Shown piece by piece: positions 39,011 through 51,862 of a stretch of 64,000 nt of DNA. Under the pieces are notes generated by a model. The model was not told the origin of the DNA, searched no databases, and was given only the letters and a program-made list of their open reading frames with translations. Made by a program: the position numbers and the translations under genes. Position 1 is the stretch's first letter. Every line of letters starts with the position of its first letter. Source of the stretch: Eledone cirrhosa (Eukaryota); contig OZ024760.1 in the NCBI GenBank assembly GCA_964016885.1, positions 18,476,001 through 18,540,000 on the forward strand, given 5' to 3'.

Positions 39011-40483
39011 CTTCCGTATACTGTACCAATTGTGTTGTTATCTCTGTTTACCTTTTACATATATATATATATAAAGACCACATCGTAGTATATTCGAATT
39101 ACAGGTTTCTTTCTTTCAGTAGACTATATCATGTAATAGCTGCAGAAATGAACGATTTATGCACTGGCTAGTCTGTTGAACGGTATTACTGGTTGGAGAG
39201 TTGTCGGCTGTCAGGTAAAGCAGCTGGCCGACTGCTCCAGCAATTGGCATAATGATTAACAAAGAAAGATAATTGGTTCAAATCCCTTTTTTATGGGTTA
39301 TTTCCCCTTTAAAATAAAATTTTTAAATAGTGGTTTTGTCCTCTCTTAATAGTACATTTATTTTATCGACCCCCGTAAGGATGTTAATAATGCAGTCATG
39401 AAGGGGTTAATTTACTATCTTAGTAATGAAATAATTAATAATTTTAGTAAATCCCTTCATTAACCCTTTAGTATTTAAACTGGCCAGAATTCTCACCTTT
39501 TTTCTGTTGAAACTGGATATACCAGCCGCTCACCGATATTAAGGTATTGTACTAAAAATAAAAAATAGCAAAATCTCATAGATTTGATATTATGTGAGGT
39601 GAAGCCGCATGGCTTAGTGGTTAGAGCATTGGGCTTGCAATCAAAAGGTTGTGAGTTCAATTCTTGGACCAGGTGATGTGTTGTTTCCTTGAGCAAGACA
39701 CTTTATTTCCCATTGCTCCAGTTTACTCAGCTGTAGAAATGAGACACCCAAGACAGTGAACTTCTATCGTTGTTGGTGACTCGTTTCACTAAAATATTAC
39801 ACAATACTAATAAAAAAACCTGACTATTACAGCACATTAGCTTCACTATTACCTGCGACAATGACATGAATGTTATAGCTTGCCATTAAAAGTATTCAGA
39901 AGGAAACACCAATATTTTCTGATCAATGTGTAATTGGGGGTATGTTTTCTTATGTTTTGTTTGTAATTTTTTACCTTTCCTTATTTCTCTCTCTACATAG
40001 ATATATATTGTAAGTATATTGATTAGATAAATTACTTATGGACGTTGTTAATAGAAAATAAAGTTTAGTTTTCTAATACCTTCATGAATGCCAGACATGA
40101 AATTTCCCGGTTTTCATCACAAATGTTATCTTTCAAAGGTAGCAACACATTCTCAGTCACATTTTTGTATTTTTACAATGATTGGTATGAAATAAATTTT
40201 ATTAAACAAATTACTATTTAATTATATAATTTTTGCAATAGAAAATAATAAAATAAAGTAACGAAAGTAAGAGAGCAGCCAATCCTAGACAGTGGTGGCC
40301 ATATATTTATCTATATAGATATATTTCTCAAGAAAGAGAAGCTATATGTAATGTGAAATCGAGGTTAATAAAAACAAAACCATGCTTGGCATGTTTATAA
40401 AAAAATATATATTTTAATGTAAATGATTTTAGAGAATTTTAGACAAATTTATTGCAGGTTGAAAGAAAAAAACTAACTACACA

Positions 40484-40758
40484 TTAACATTCTTCGTTTG
40501 ATTCTTCTTTCTCGTTCTGTTGATAGGCAAGAAGATGATGTCCTCCATTGTACATTCCTCGTATCTTTTGATACATGAAGCAGAAGAAAAACAGGAGGTT
40601 GTCATACTCTCCGTTATATTTGCTGCACACGAAATTTGCATGATAGTCCAGCAGGAAATAGTAGATAGCTTCTATGGTGCTCAAGTAGGTGCTGGGCTTC
40701 TCTCGCTGATGTCGCCAGAATTTGGTTTGCCTGCTTTTCATCTCAATGCAACGAAATC
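40484..40758 (-). CDS. DTWD1: DTWD1 coding exon 4 (terminal)
   Basis: ccag|[18 protein letters not shown]...[11 protein letters not shown]...YDNLLFFF; TAA at 40486-40484; joined CDS 861 nt. Confidence 0.9.
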
Positions 40759-40850
40759 CTGGAATATATATATATATAGATATATATATATATAGATATA
40801 TATATATAGATACATAGATATCATCATTTTTACATCCGCTTTTCTCTGCT

Positions 40851-40890
<40 letters not shown>

Positions 40891-40893
<3 letters not shown>

Positions 40894-41226
40894 CATTTCA
40901 TTTTAGGTCCACTTTTCCCTGCTTGCAAGGGTGGGACGGGAACTGATTCTGGCTTGATTTCTACAGCTGGATGCCCTTCCTAACACCAACCTCATTTACA
41001 GTGAGTGCTGGGTGTTTTTTTTTGCCGTGGCACCTCCACGACCACTTTGCAGTGGAATGATAGGGACCCCAGTCCCTACCATCTCATTTCTACAGCTGAG
41101 TAAACTGGAGCAATGTGAAATAAAGTGTCTTGCTCAAGGAAACAACACATCACCCGGTCTGAGAATTGAACTCACAACTTTTCGATTGCAAGGCCAATGC
41201 TCTAACCCCTAAGCCATGTGCCTCCT
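40891..41226 (-). mobile_element. tRNA-head, V-domain-like SINE with RTE tail
   Basis: Reverse complement of 41727-42036. Confidence 0.8.
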
Positions 41227-41726
41227 ATAGATATATATAGATATATATATATATATATAGATATATAGATAGATATATATATAGATATATATAGATAGAT
41301 ATATATATATATATATATATAGATAGATATAGATATATATATAGAGAGAGAGATATAGATATTGTTATACTTGGGGAGGTCATATTGTTGTAATAACATG
41401 GCCAGAAATAATAACAGAACACACTCACTGTTTGGTTGGTATATAAATATATATATAGAGAGAGAGAGGTAATAAAATAAAACAAGGACGAGTGGTTACT
41501 CCTTCATTACCTTTATGGTTGGTGATGCACCTTTCACTATTGATCAGCTCAAGATTCGATCTGTAACAATCTAGCCTGACTCTGTAATCAATGGATTGCC
41601 GGACCTACACTCCCTATATATATATCTATATATATCTATATCTATCTATATATCTATATATATGGAGTAACAATAATAAATGTGAAGGCTAAAATCCAAA
41701 GAGGGCTCGATAAGGATAAATGTACA

Positions 41727-42036
41727 TGGAGGCACATGGCTTAGTGGTTAGAGCATTGGCCTTGCAATCGAAAAGTTGTGAGTTCAATTCTCAGACCGGG
41801 TGATGTGTTGTTTCCTTGAGCAAGACACTTTATTTCACATTGCTCCAGTTTACTCAGCTGTAGAAATGAGATGATAGGGACTGCGGTCCCTATCATTCCA
41901 CGGCAAAAAAAGCACCCAGCACTCACTGTAAATGAGGTTGGTGTTAGGAAGGGCATCCAGCTGTAGAAATCAAGCCAGAATCAGTTCCCGTCCCACCCTT
42001 GCAAGCAGGGAAAAGCGGACGTAAAATGAAATGATG
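41727..42036 (+). mobile_element. tRNA-head, V-domain-like SINE with RTE tail
   Basis: A box tggcttagtgg, B box gagttcaattc, ccttgagcaagacacttt central domain, RTE-like 3' end; partial copies at 39600-39745, 20395-20488, 23640-23730, 52940-53245. Confidence 0.8.
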
Positions 42037-42116
42037 AAGAACCCTAGAGCAAATATTTATTAAATATTAAGGGTGAAAGCAGCGATTCTTTGCTTCAACT
42101 TTAATCTGTTATTTTA

Positions 42117-42153
<37 letters not shown>

Positions 42154-42651
42154 TGATACATATATATATATATATATAGGTGATACATATATATATATAT
42201 ATAGAGAGGCGGTTGCATAATTGCAAACAAATCGAATATTATTATTTGGATTGGCAGTATCGGTAGAGGGTCGGGCGCCATGCTTTGAAGCATAGAGTTA
42301 CCTCCCTTTATGATCTGAGTTCAAATCCCGCCGAGGTTAACTTTGCCTTTCATCCTTACGGAGTCGATAAAATAAAGTACCAGTAATGCACTGGGATAAT
42401 TGCTGGCCTGGTGCCAAAAGTAGAAACAATTATTTATATTCTAAAAACTCATTATATTTATTGTATTCAGCCATGTAGAGTTATTTGTATATATATATAT
42501 ATATATATATATTCTTCTTCGCCCACTTATTCCTGAGGGGGTTGTAGGGGGCAGATTCCTCAAACACTCCCTCCAGCAAGTACTGTCAGAAGTAACTGTC
42601 TCCAACTGATCTGGATGGATCCTGAAGCAAGACCATATATATATATATGGT

Positions 42652-42692
42652 CCGAGCTGAGGATCCGCATAAGGTGAAACATTTGTTCTCGG
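42652..42692 (+). ncRNA. Hammerhead ribozyme motif
   Basis: ccgag CTGAGGA tcc-gcataa-ggt GAAAC attt GTT|ctcgg; perfect 5-bp stem I. Confidence 0.65.
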
Positions 42693-42748
42693 TATGGTGA
42701 ACTAACTGTTGTGGAACTACTTCTATATATATATATATATATATATAT

Positions 42749-43200
42749 GCAAAAGATTTATTTAAAATTGTTGGGTTACAACGAGTAAATATTTTATAAC
42801 TGATATAAAAGCACTCAACAAGTTTTGGAGTAGGTTTACGATATTAAACAAATGTAAACTATACTTATAAAACCATATTTATTTCATTATATATATTTCA
42901 GGGATATCATATTAAAAATATGGTATGCCTTCCTCAGACAAAATACAATATATAAACCGTTTTATAAATTTTTTCTCTTCGTCTTTCTTTCTAACTGTCC
43001 TTAACATTTTCACTACCAAATCAACTTTTTAAATGGAAGTTGTAATGTTTAAGGTATGTCAAATTTATTTATAAAACGGTTTATATATTGTATTTTATCT
43101 GAGGAAGGCATACCATATTTTTAATATGATATCCCTGAAATATATATAATGAAATAAATATGGTTTTATAAATATAGTTTCCATTTGTTTAATATCGTAT
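42749..43200. mobile_element. Family A fold-back element with two hammerhead motifs (42880-42945 on -, 43091-43156 on +)
   Basis: Highly similar to 146-565; CTGAGGA...GAA ATATATAT A|atgaaata; (TA)n on both sides; lies in DTWD1 intron 3. Confidence 0.7.
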
Positions 43201-43301
43201 ATATATATATATATATTCCAGTTATTTGACTGGGGCCATGAAGAGTTGAGGTAATCCCAGTGATAACAACACTACTGCAGAGCCCATCAATGATAACTTA
43301 C

Positions 43302-43584
43302 CTTTCAGGCGATCGTCTTTGGAAATTCGGTTGGTTTGGTTCCATGTACTATCAATGAATATTACTTTTTCAAATGGAGCTACGGAGAGTTTTGTGTATT
43401 TTCGACAAATAGTTGAAGAATTTGGTGAATCAGATTTCCTCTTTGTGGAGTTTGTCAGGGAATCTTCAAGGTCAGTGATGCTGGTTTTTGGTTCTGCATG
43501 TATTTGCTGTGCAGTAGAGTTGCATCCACTTGCACTTAGTTCTTCAAGAGAGACAGCTTGGGGGCAAGGAAAAACTAATACAAC
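43302..43584 (-). CDS. DTWD1: DTWD1 coding exon 3
   Basis: tag|VVLVFPCPQAVSLEEL...FEKVIFIDSTWNQT...RLK-G|GTAAGT; contains the DxTW motif. Confidence 0.9.
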
Positions 43585-43739
43585 CTAGGAAAAATAAAAT
43601 CAACAAATTAAGTCGACCCTGTAAGGTGGTAGTGCTGGTGCCACAACAAAAAGCACCCAGTCCATCCTGTTAGGTGGTAGTGTTGGTGAAACAATTCGAA
43701 AAATTGGTGAGGATTTATAGTTATAATCACAGATTCTAG

Positions 43740-44110
43740 TTAACCCTTTAGCATTTAAACCGGCCAGAATTCTCTCACCTGTTTCTGTTCAAACTGGCCA
43801 CTCATACTGATGTTAAGGATTTATTCTCATAATAAATAATATCAAAATCTCATAGATTCAATATTATGTGAGGTAAAGCCTTTACCATGAAAATATAATA
43901 GTATGTATATAAAGCAAAGTAAATGCTGTATCCGACCAGAATTCTCTCACCTCTTTCTATTGAAACCAGCCACTCATACTGACAGTAGTGTATTGTTCTC
44001 AAAATAAATAATCTCATAGATTCGATATTATGTAAAATAATTAAGTGAGATAAAGTGTTTACCATGAAAATACAATAGTATATGAAGTAATGTAAATGCT
44101 AAAGGGTTAA
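43740..44110. mobile_element. piggyBac-type MITE
   Basis: TTAA-CCCTTTAGCATTTA ... TAAATGCTAAAGGG-TTAA (14-bp perfect TIR, TTAA TSD); right end duplicated to 44174; partial copies 15515-15720, 39460-39600, 52115-52380. Confidence 0.85.
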
Positions 44111-44182
44111 GATAAAGTGTTTACCATGAAAATACAATAGTAAATATGGAGTAATGTAAAAGCTAAAGGGTTAAATACTTAC

Positions 44183-44320
44183 TTTGTTTGCATCATAATT
44201 GGGGACACAGGGATATGTATAGATTTTGACGTTGTCTGGTGCCAAAACTGCAGCATGGCTTGCAGTACTTTTACCAGCGCATTCATTAGGATGTTGCAAA
44301 ATGTCAATAGAAATTGGTAG
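44183..44320 (-). CDS. DTWD1: DTWD1 coding exon 2
   Basis: cag|LPISIDILQHPNECAGKSTASHAAVLAPDNVKIYTYPCVPNYDANK|GTAAGT; 138 nt, phase 0-0. Confidence 0.9.
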
Positions 44321-45096
44321 CTGTGGAGAAGATGAACAAAATGTTATTAAAAATTGGTAGCTGTGGAGAAGAACAAAATGTTATTAAAAATTGGTAGCTG
44401 TGGAGGAGAACAAAATGTTATTAAAAATTGGTAGCTGTGGAGAAGATGAACAAAATGTTATTAAAAATTGGTAGCTGTGGAGAAGATGAACAGAATGTTA
44501 TTTAAAATTGGTAGCTGTGGAGATGATGGACAGAATGTTATTAAAAATTGGTAGCTGTGGAGAAGATGAACAGAATGTTATTAAAAATTGGTAGCTGTGG
44601 AGAAGATGGACAGAATGTTATTAAAAATTGGTAGCTGTGGAGAAGATGAACAGAATGTTATTAAAAATTGGTAGCTGTGGAGAAGATGGACAGAATGTTA
44701 TTAAAAATTGGTAGCTGTGGAGAAGATGAACAAAATGTTATTAAAAATTGGTAGCTGTGGAGAAGATGAACAGAATGTTATTAAAAGTTGGTAGCTGTGG
44801 AGAAGATGAACAGAATGTTATTTAAAATTGGTAGCTGCGGAGATGATGGACAGAATGTTATTAAAAATTGGTAGCTGTGGAGAAGATGAACAAAATGTTA
44901 TTAAAAATTGGTAGCTGTGGAGAAGATAAACAAAATGTTATTAAAAATTGGTAGCTGTGGAGATGATGAACAGAATGTTATTAAAAATTGGTTATTGTGG
45001 AGAAGATGGACAGAATGTTATTAATAATTGGTTATTGTGGAGAAGATGGACAGAATGTTATTTAAAATTGGTAGCTGTGGAGATGATGGACAGAAT
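44311..45096. repeat. 40-bp minisatellite (about 20 units) spanning the DTWD1 exon 2 acceptor
   Basis: ttaaaaattggtagctgtggagaagatgaacagaatgtta repeated; two 37-bp variants. Confidence 0.95.
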
Positions 45097-46269
45097 CATT
45101 ATCATTTTACATCTGCTTTTCCCTGCTTGCAAGGGTGGAACAGTTTTATGCCTCTATAAATGTTCCTCTCCAGAGCATCCCCTTTACCTTTGTAGCACTT
45201 TATGAGAATACTGCTGCACCAGTCTTTTGGCATGACCCCACCATATATAGCTTGATTGATGATGCATGCAACCAGTTTAGTACCTACTTCTCCTGAAGCC
45301 TTTAGCATCTCAGCAACTATCCCCGACAGTCCAGCGGCCTTACCATTTTTCCTTAATTGCCCCTTTGACCCTATATTCGTCAACAATATAGAATGCTATT
45401 AGAAATTAGTAACTGTGCTGTCAAGAGGAAGGACAAAGATATTGATTTATAATTTTGGCCAAACAAAGAGTTGGGAGGGCTGTTTAATTGTGTCAGGGAC
45501 ATGATAGTACCCATAGTGTTGGTGATAGAAAGTGTACCCAGCCATAGAAGGCTTGTCAAACAAAGGGTTCGGAGGATCGATCAGTTGTGTCAAGGACGTG
45601 ACAACCTCTATTGTACTAATCCCATGAAAAACGCCATAGGTGGAACCTGGGACCATATGAGAAAGATGCGGACCCACAGTCTGTCTTGGAGGTCAGTAGC
45701 CCTGCTTCAGTACTGACTTGGGTCTGTGAAGGCATATCAAACCCTTGCAAGCATCATCCTCATCATTTTACATCCACTTTCCCTGCTTGCAAGGGTGGGA
45801 CAGGTCCTATTCAGCACAGTATCTCTCCACTTGTCACGGTCCTTTGTCATCTCCTCCGTAAGCTTCATCGATCTGAGGTCAGCTCTCACCCCCTCCGCCC
45901 ATGTTTTTCATGGTCTTCGTCTACTGGCATTTCTTGGTACTTCTTTACCCAGCAGTCATCTTCCATGCACTTCACATGTCCATACCAACGCAGCCTCTCT
46001 CCCGCACACTACAGCTTATCCCTCTTATACAGTTTCTTTCTCAACTCGTCGATGGTGATGTTAATGCACAAGGCCAAGTGGTGACACTCTTCCGCCAATA
46101 CTCAAACCTTGTTGTCGGCTAACTTGATCATTCGTTACTCAAGACACCGTTCATGAAGCAAGGTTCCACTATACTGTGAAACAAAGTTTTGTATTGTAGA
46201 ACCTGAAGCAGTTTCAGGTGATTTCATATCAAAATGGTTAAAGAAATAAAAAATACATGATTGATTTAC

Positions 46270-46434
46270 CTTGACAACAGGTGTTAAATTTTCAGTTCCA
46301 ATGACGGGTTTATAACAGGTGTAACAGAAATATTTCCTGGACTTTCCACACATCGGACACACTCGTCGGTCATCTGTTTCATCCAGGAAATCATAATTAC
46401 TTATCCTCAGGTGAGGGAAGGGATTCTCTTCCAT
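46270..46434 (-). CDS. DTWD1: tRNA-uridine aminocarboxypropyltransferase 1, coding exon 1
   Basis: MEENPFPHLRIS...RRVCPMCGKSRKYFCYTCY...VVK; donor AAG|GTAAAT; an upstream acceptor at ~46453 implies a separate 5' UTR exon. Confidence 0.9.
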
Positions 46435-46512
46435 TGTGTAACACAAGTGGCTCTGTGTAAGAGTAATAATAATAACTACATAGAATCTATGTCATGCCAA
46501 TCTATATATGAT

Positions 46513-47036
46513 ATCATCATCATCATCGTTTAACGTCCATCTTCCACGCTTGCATGGGTTTGGATGGAAGTTTTCCCCACTTGAGGCAAGAGTGGTTGTC
46601 TTGCTCGTATAGGACTGTCTGGTGGGTTTTCTACGGCTGGATGCCCTTCCTAACACCAACCACGTTTACAGTGTGGACTGGGAGGTTTTTACCGTGTTAC
46701 CTACACGGCCACATTACAGCGTGGACTGTGTGGTTTTTTTGTCGCGACACCTACATGTCTGGCGGGTTTTCTACGGCTGGGTGCCCTTACCAACACCAAC
46801 CACATTTGATGTAGATATAGATATATATATAGACATGGTATATATATTCACATTCATACACCCACCCACACACAAAGTGTAAAGTGGACGTGTAGGCTCC
46901 ACAAAAAAAAGCACCCAGCCCACACTGTAAATGAGGTTGGTGTTAGGAAGGGCATCCAGCTGTATAAATCAACCCAGAATCAGTTCCCGTATGAGCAAGA
47001 CAAGGAAGAACGGATGTAAAACGATGATGATGATGA
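46513..47036. mobile_element. Two oppositely oriented RTE 3' UTR fragments
   Basis: 46513-46810 (-) and 46875-47036 (+). Confidence 0.75.
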
Positions 47037-47224
47037 TATATATATATAGATATATATAAGCAAGTATTGCACCAAGAAAAATATAAAAAGCGTGAAGGAG
47101 ATTAGGAACTTATTTACTTGAACATGTGTTTCTGTGTCTATTATAATCTACATATGCTGACTACAATATATATTTTCACGTGCTTATACCATCATTATTT
47201 GTGTGGATATATACATATATATAG

Positions 47225-47670
47225 GATTGCCACGATGAAGGAGATGAGCTACTGGGAGAGGCTAAAAGAACTGAAACTCTACTCCTTGGAACGAAGTTGG
47301 GAGAGATATGCAGTAATATACATATGGAAAATCCTGGAGGGACTAGCACCAAACTTTGGCATTGAGAGCTGGACCAACCCCCCGAACAGGACTTCACTGT
47401 GTGGTACCAAAGGTCCCGTCCTCCACATCTAGAATAAGGAGCAGATATCGCAATAGCCTGGGTTTCAAAGGCCCTCAACTCTTCAACAAGCTGCCGAGGG
47501 ATTTGAGAGATCTGCATGGTGTGGACGTGGATGTTTTCAAGAAACATCTTGACATTCTGCTATCCCAGATGAGCCCACAGCACGGTACGAAGGTAACCTA
47601 AGGGTAGCAGGAACGTATTGCCTCTTACACCAATGGCTAACAAGGGTGGTGCACCAGCACGACCTCAGCC
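47225..47670 (+). mobile_element. CR1-group LINE 3' fragment
   Basis: MSYWERLKELKLYSLERSWERYAVIYIWKIL...GPQLFNKLP...FKKHLD. Confidence 0.8.
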
Positions 47671-49684
47671 GTCCATTCGTAACGTACGTTATGCTTTAGT
47701 TTCACACATCTACCCGTAAATACATTGTGTATATATATTATTGAATAAAATTCACTATATATCTATATATATCAGGGAAACCTTATGTTAGTCCCGTTAA
47801 CCTCGAATTTATATATATGTAATTGATGGTCGTTTTAAAAAAAAAAAAATAATAAAAATAATGAAATTATTGTGTAAAGTGCTCAGGTGCACTACAACGT
47901 TCCCTTCCCCTTGTTTTTTCATTATTTATTTAATATTTAATTGTATTTATTATGTGTTTATATTTTCATTCTATTTGTACACCAGAGAATAAAAATAATA
48001 TATATATAGTTTAAGTTAGATCTTATTCCCGTTGTTTACATTAAACTAAACACGTGTCATTTTGTGTCCAAAAGTAGAAACAATTATTTTAAGGGTAGTT
48101 TATTTGATAGATTTTATTAGAGTTGAAGATAAAATCTGTGTTTTTTCCTGACTTTTTACGTGTTTTCAAAAGATAAGGCCTACACCACAATCGGAAATTA
48201 TTAATTTTCTGTGGTTCCTCCACCCGACTCGGAGATGGGTGTAATAATACTAATAAAATTTAATTTAGTATTTTTTTAATTATCATTACAGTTCAATTAG
48301 AATATCGATTCCACACTCAATAAATGTTTATTCAAAATAATGATTTCTGAACGCCAACAATATTTGAGGAAAGTGAAAGTCGATTACATCGACCTCAGTA
48401 CATTACTGGTACTTTATTAGTGATACACGGGGGTTGATTTAATCGATATTCCCCCTCTCCCGAAATTGTTAGCCTTTTCTCTAAATTAAAAATCATTATT
48501 TATTCAAAATATTGCAATATTTTTCAACTTACAATTTTCCAACACCGGTAACTGTGAGCACGTGGTTTACACTACGATAATACTTAACTCAAGACTTTAA
48601 AATACATCTGGACACTCAGCCGAATCAATCTCTATTTCAGGAAACCAGTGTTCGAACTTGTGTATATATCTGTATATAAGAGAGAATGAGTCTAAAAGCG
48701 TGTGTATATTAACGAGTTTGTGACATAGGATAAAGGAAGTAGCGATTTAATGCATCTTAATATGTACTGAGTACGTTTATATCCTTTATATAACCAAAAA
48801 CGTATGTGTGAGTGTATATTTAAATACACACCGAAAGCAATGGTATTATACATGCATACATGAATCCTTAACGCCTGCTTATGTGTAGGGCTCTGTAGTA
48901 ACATATTGGGTGCCTTGAGCATTTTAAACCTGGTGGAACCCATCCCTTTTTCATGTTTGAACACAGCCGATTTCTACCAGTGAAAGAAAGAGAACGAAAA
49001 AGCGACGTAGAAGAAACATCGATTGGTACGTTTGTAGTGTACCTGGGCACTGTACACAATAATTTCATTATTATTATATCAAACTCGGAAGGATGAAAGA
49101 CAAAGTTAGCCTCGGCGGGATTTAAAATCAGAGCACAGAGACCTGACGTCTCAATATTTAGCGTTTGGTCAGTCCCGTCACCTTGTTTTCTTGCTTGGGT
49201 GTTAGGGGCTTCTGAATATTTTGGGTGGGCACCCTAAATCACAATATTTCTACGATAGAGTTTCGGAATGTTTCTTAATAGAAGAGTGTATTATTAAAAA
49301 GTAGCATTGCCGCTCGTGAGAGCGAGGCTAAGACGCTGAAATAACCAAGCGCCCTCGCGGACATCCAGTCAGGGGTTTGCGGCCATACTGGAACACCGCC
49401 TTTATAGTTTCTTTTAATATATTGAAAGATTAAAATACTGACTACCAGAATGGGTTCCGAATCAAAGAGTGCCTTCTACATGGTCTCTTGACTTGCTAGA
49501 AATAACAGCCAAATTTCCTTCAAATCACTCTCTACAAACCTAAAAAAGGAAGAAAACATTTAATAATTTATCACATATTTTATAAGACGGAGTTTCAAGT
49601 CAGGCACACTGTACAGTGATTTATTTTTTTGCAGTATGTTTTTTTTAATTTTTTATAACAATTTACCTGATGTCTGGGTAAAAG

Positions 49685-50782
49685 GGAGGTATACATAAAA
49701 ACCAAACTCACTATCTTCAATACAGTATTTGTGCCAACCCTTGCCTATGGTCGTGAAACTTGGGTAATGACTGAAAGAATAGAATTGGCTGAAATGGGGC
49801 TCCTCCAAAGGTTCTTTGGAGTAACGTTACTCAATAGAGAGTGTAGCTTGGAGATAAGTGATTCACTCCAGCTAGAGCTGCTACTTCATCAAGTTGAGAG
49901 ATCACAGCTCTGATATTATGGGCATGAGGTTAGAACATCTCAGGAAAGAATCGCTGGACATATTTGTAGCTCCGGGATCAGAGAGTCACTCCAGGTAGAG
50001 CTGCTACTTCATCAAGTTGAGAGATCACAGCTCTGATATTATGGGCATGAGGTTAGAACATCTCAGGAAAGAATCGCTGGACATATTTGTAGCTCGGGGA
50101 TCAGAGAGTCACTCCAGGTAGAGCTGCTACTTCATCAAGTTGAGAGATCACAGCTCTGATATTATGGGCATGAGGTTAGAACATCTCAGGAAAGAATCAC
50201 TGGACATATTTGTAGCTCGGGGATCAGAGAGTCACTTCAGGTAGAGCAGCTATTTCTCTGAATTGAGAGATCACAGCTCCAATACTACAGACATGTGGTT
50301 AGAATGTCTCAAGAAAGAATCGCTGGACATATTTGTAGCTCGGGGATCAGAGAGTCACTCCAGGTAGAGCTGCTACTTCTCCGAAGTGAGAGATCACAGC
50401 TCCAATACTACAGACATGTGGTTAGAATGTCTCAGGAAAGAATCACTGGACATATTTGTAGCTCGGGGATCAGAGAGTCACTCCAGGTAGAGCAGCTATT
50501 TCTCCGAAGTGAGAGATCACAGCTCCAATACTATGGGTATGTAGTTAGAATGTCTCGGGGGAAAGAATCGCTGGACAGATTTTATGGACAAAACCAACTG
50601 GCATGAGACCCAGGGGAAAACCCCAAGCAAGATGGATGGATAACATCCATAAGCTTGACTTGTTTCACTTGAGGATCCAGCCAGATCAGTTAGAGACAGT
50701 TGCTTCGGACAGGACCCGCTGGAAGGAGTGTTTGAGGACTGCCTCCATGACCCTTTTAGGTATAAGTGGAAGAAGAAGACTC
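49685..50782 (+). mobile_element. RTE LINE 3' fragment with internal 123-bp tandem amplification (about 6 units, 49870-50580)
   Basis: PTLAYGRETW...RPRGKPQARWMD; gagctgctacttcatcaag at 49875, 49998, 50121. Confidence 0.85.
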
Positions 50783-50934
50783 TGGGTAGATGTGAAGCTC
50801 ACAGAGAAGAGGATGATCATGGTAATAAAGAGGAAATAGACTGTAAATATAGATGTAGAAGGTTTATCAAAAGTGATGTCTTTTATTTCTAGAAAAATAT
50901 AATGAATACAACATTGCATTAGACAGAATAATGG

Positions 50935-50960
50935 ATGTAACACACAAACATATATATACC

Positions 50961-51003
<43 letters not shown>

Positions 51004-51130
51004 GGTATATATATATATATGTTTGTGTGTAACACACAAACATATATATACCTGTGTGTGTATATATATATATATATACACATGGTATATATATATATGT
51101 TTGTGTGTAACACACAAACATATATATACC

Positions 51131-51187
<57 letters not shown>

Positions 51188-51314
51188 GGTATATATATAT
51201 ATGTTTGTGTGTAACACACAAACATATATATACCTGTGTGTGTATATATATATATATATACACATGGTATATATATATATATGTTTGTGTGTAACACACA
51301 AACATATATATACC

Positions 51315-51363
<49 letters not shown>

Positions 51364-51410
51364 GGTATATATATATATGTTTGTGTGTAACACACAAACA
51401 TATATATACC

Positions 51411-51453
<43 letters not shown>

Positions 51454-51715
51454 GGTATATATATATACGTGTGTAACACACAAACATATATATACACATA
51501 CAAACATGGTATATATATGTTTGTGTGTAACACACAAACATATATATACCTGTGTGAAAATATATATATATACACATATACACACATGGTATATATGTTT
51601 GTGTGTAACACAAATATATATATACTTGTGTGTGTATATATATATATATACACATATACACACATGGTATATATATATTTGTGTTACACACAAACATATA
51701 TATACCATGTGTGTG

Positions 51716-51747
<32 letters not shown>

Positions 51748-51766
51748 TGGTATATATATATATACT

Positions 51767-51805
<39 letters not shown>

Positions 51806-51862
51806 GGTATATATATGTTTGTGTGTAACGCATATATACCATGTGTGTGTATATATATATAA
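50935..51862. repeat. Compound TA/CA minisatellite
   Basis: Unit gtttgtgtgtaacacacaaac-(AT)n-cctgtgtg-(TA)n-cacatgg. Confidence 0.9.

Noticed and set aside
41727-41800. tRNA gene
   Set aside because: A and B boxes run into a SINE body and LINE-derived tail; it is a SINE head.
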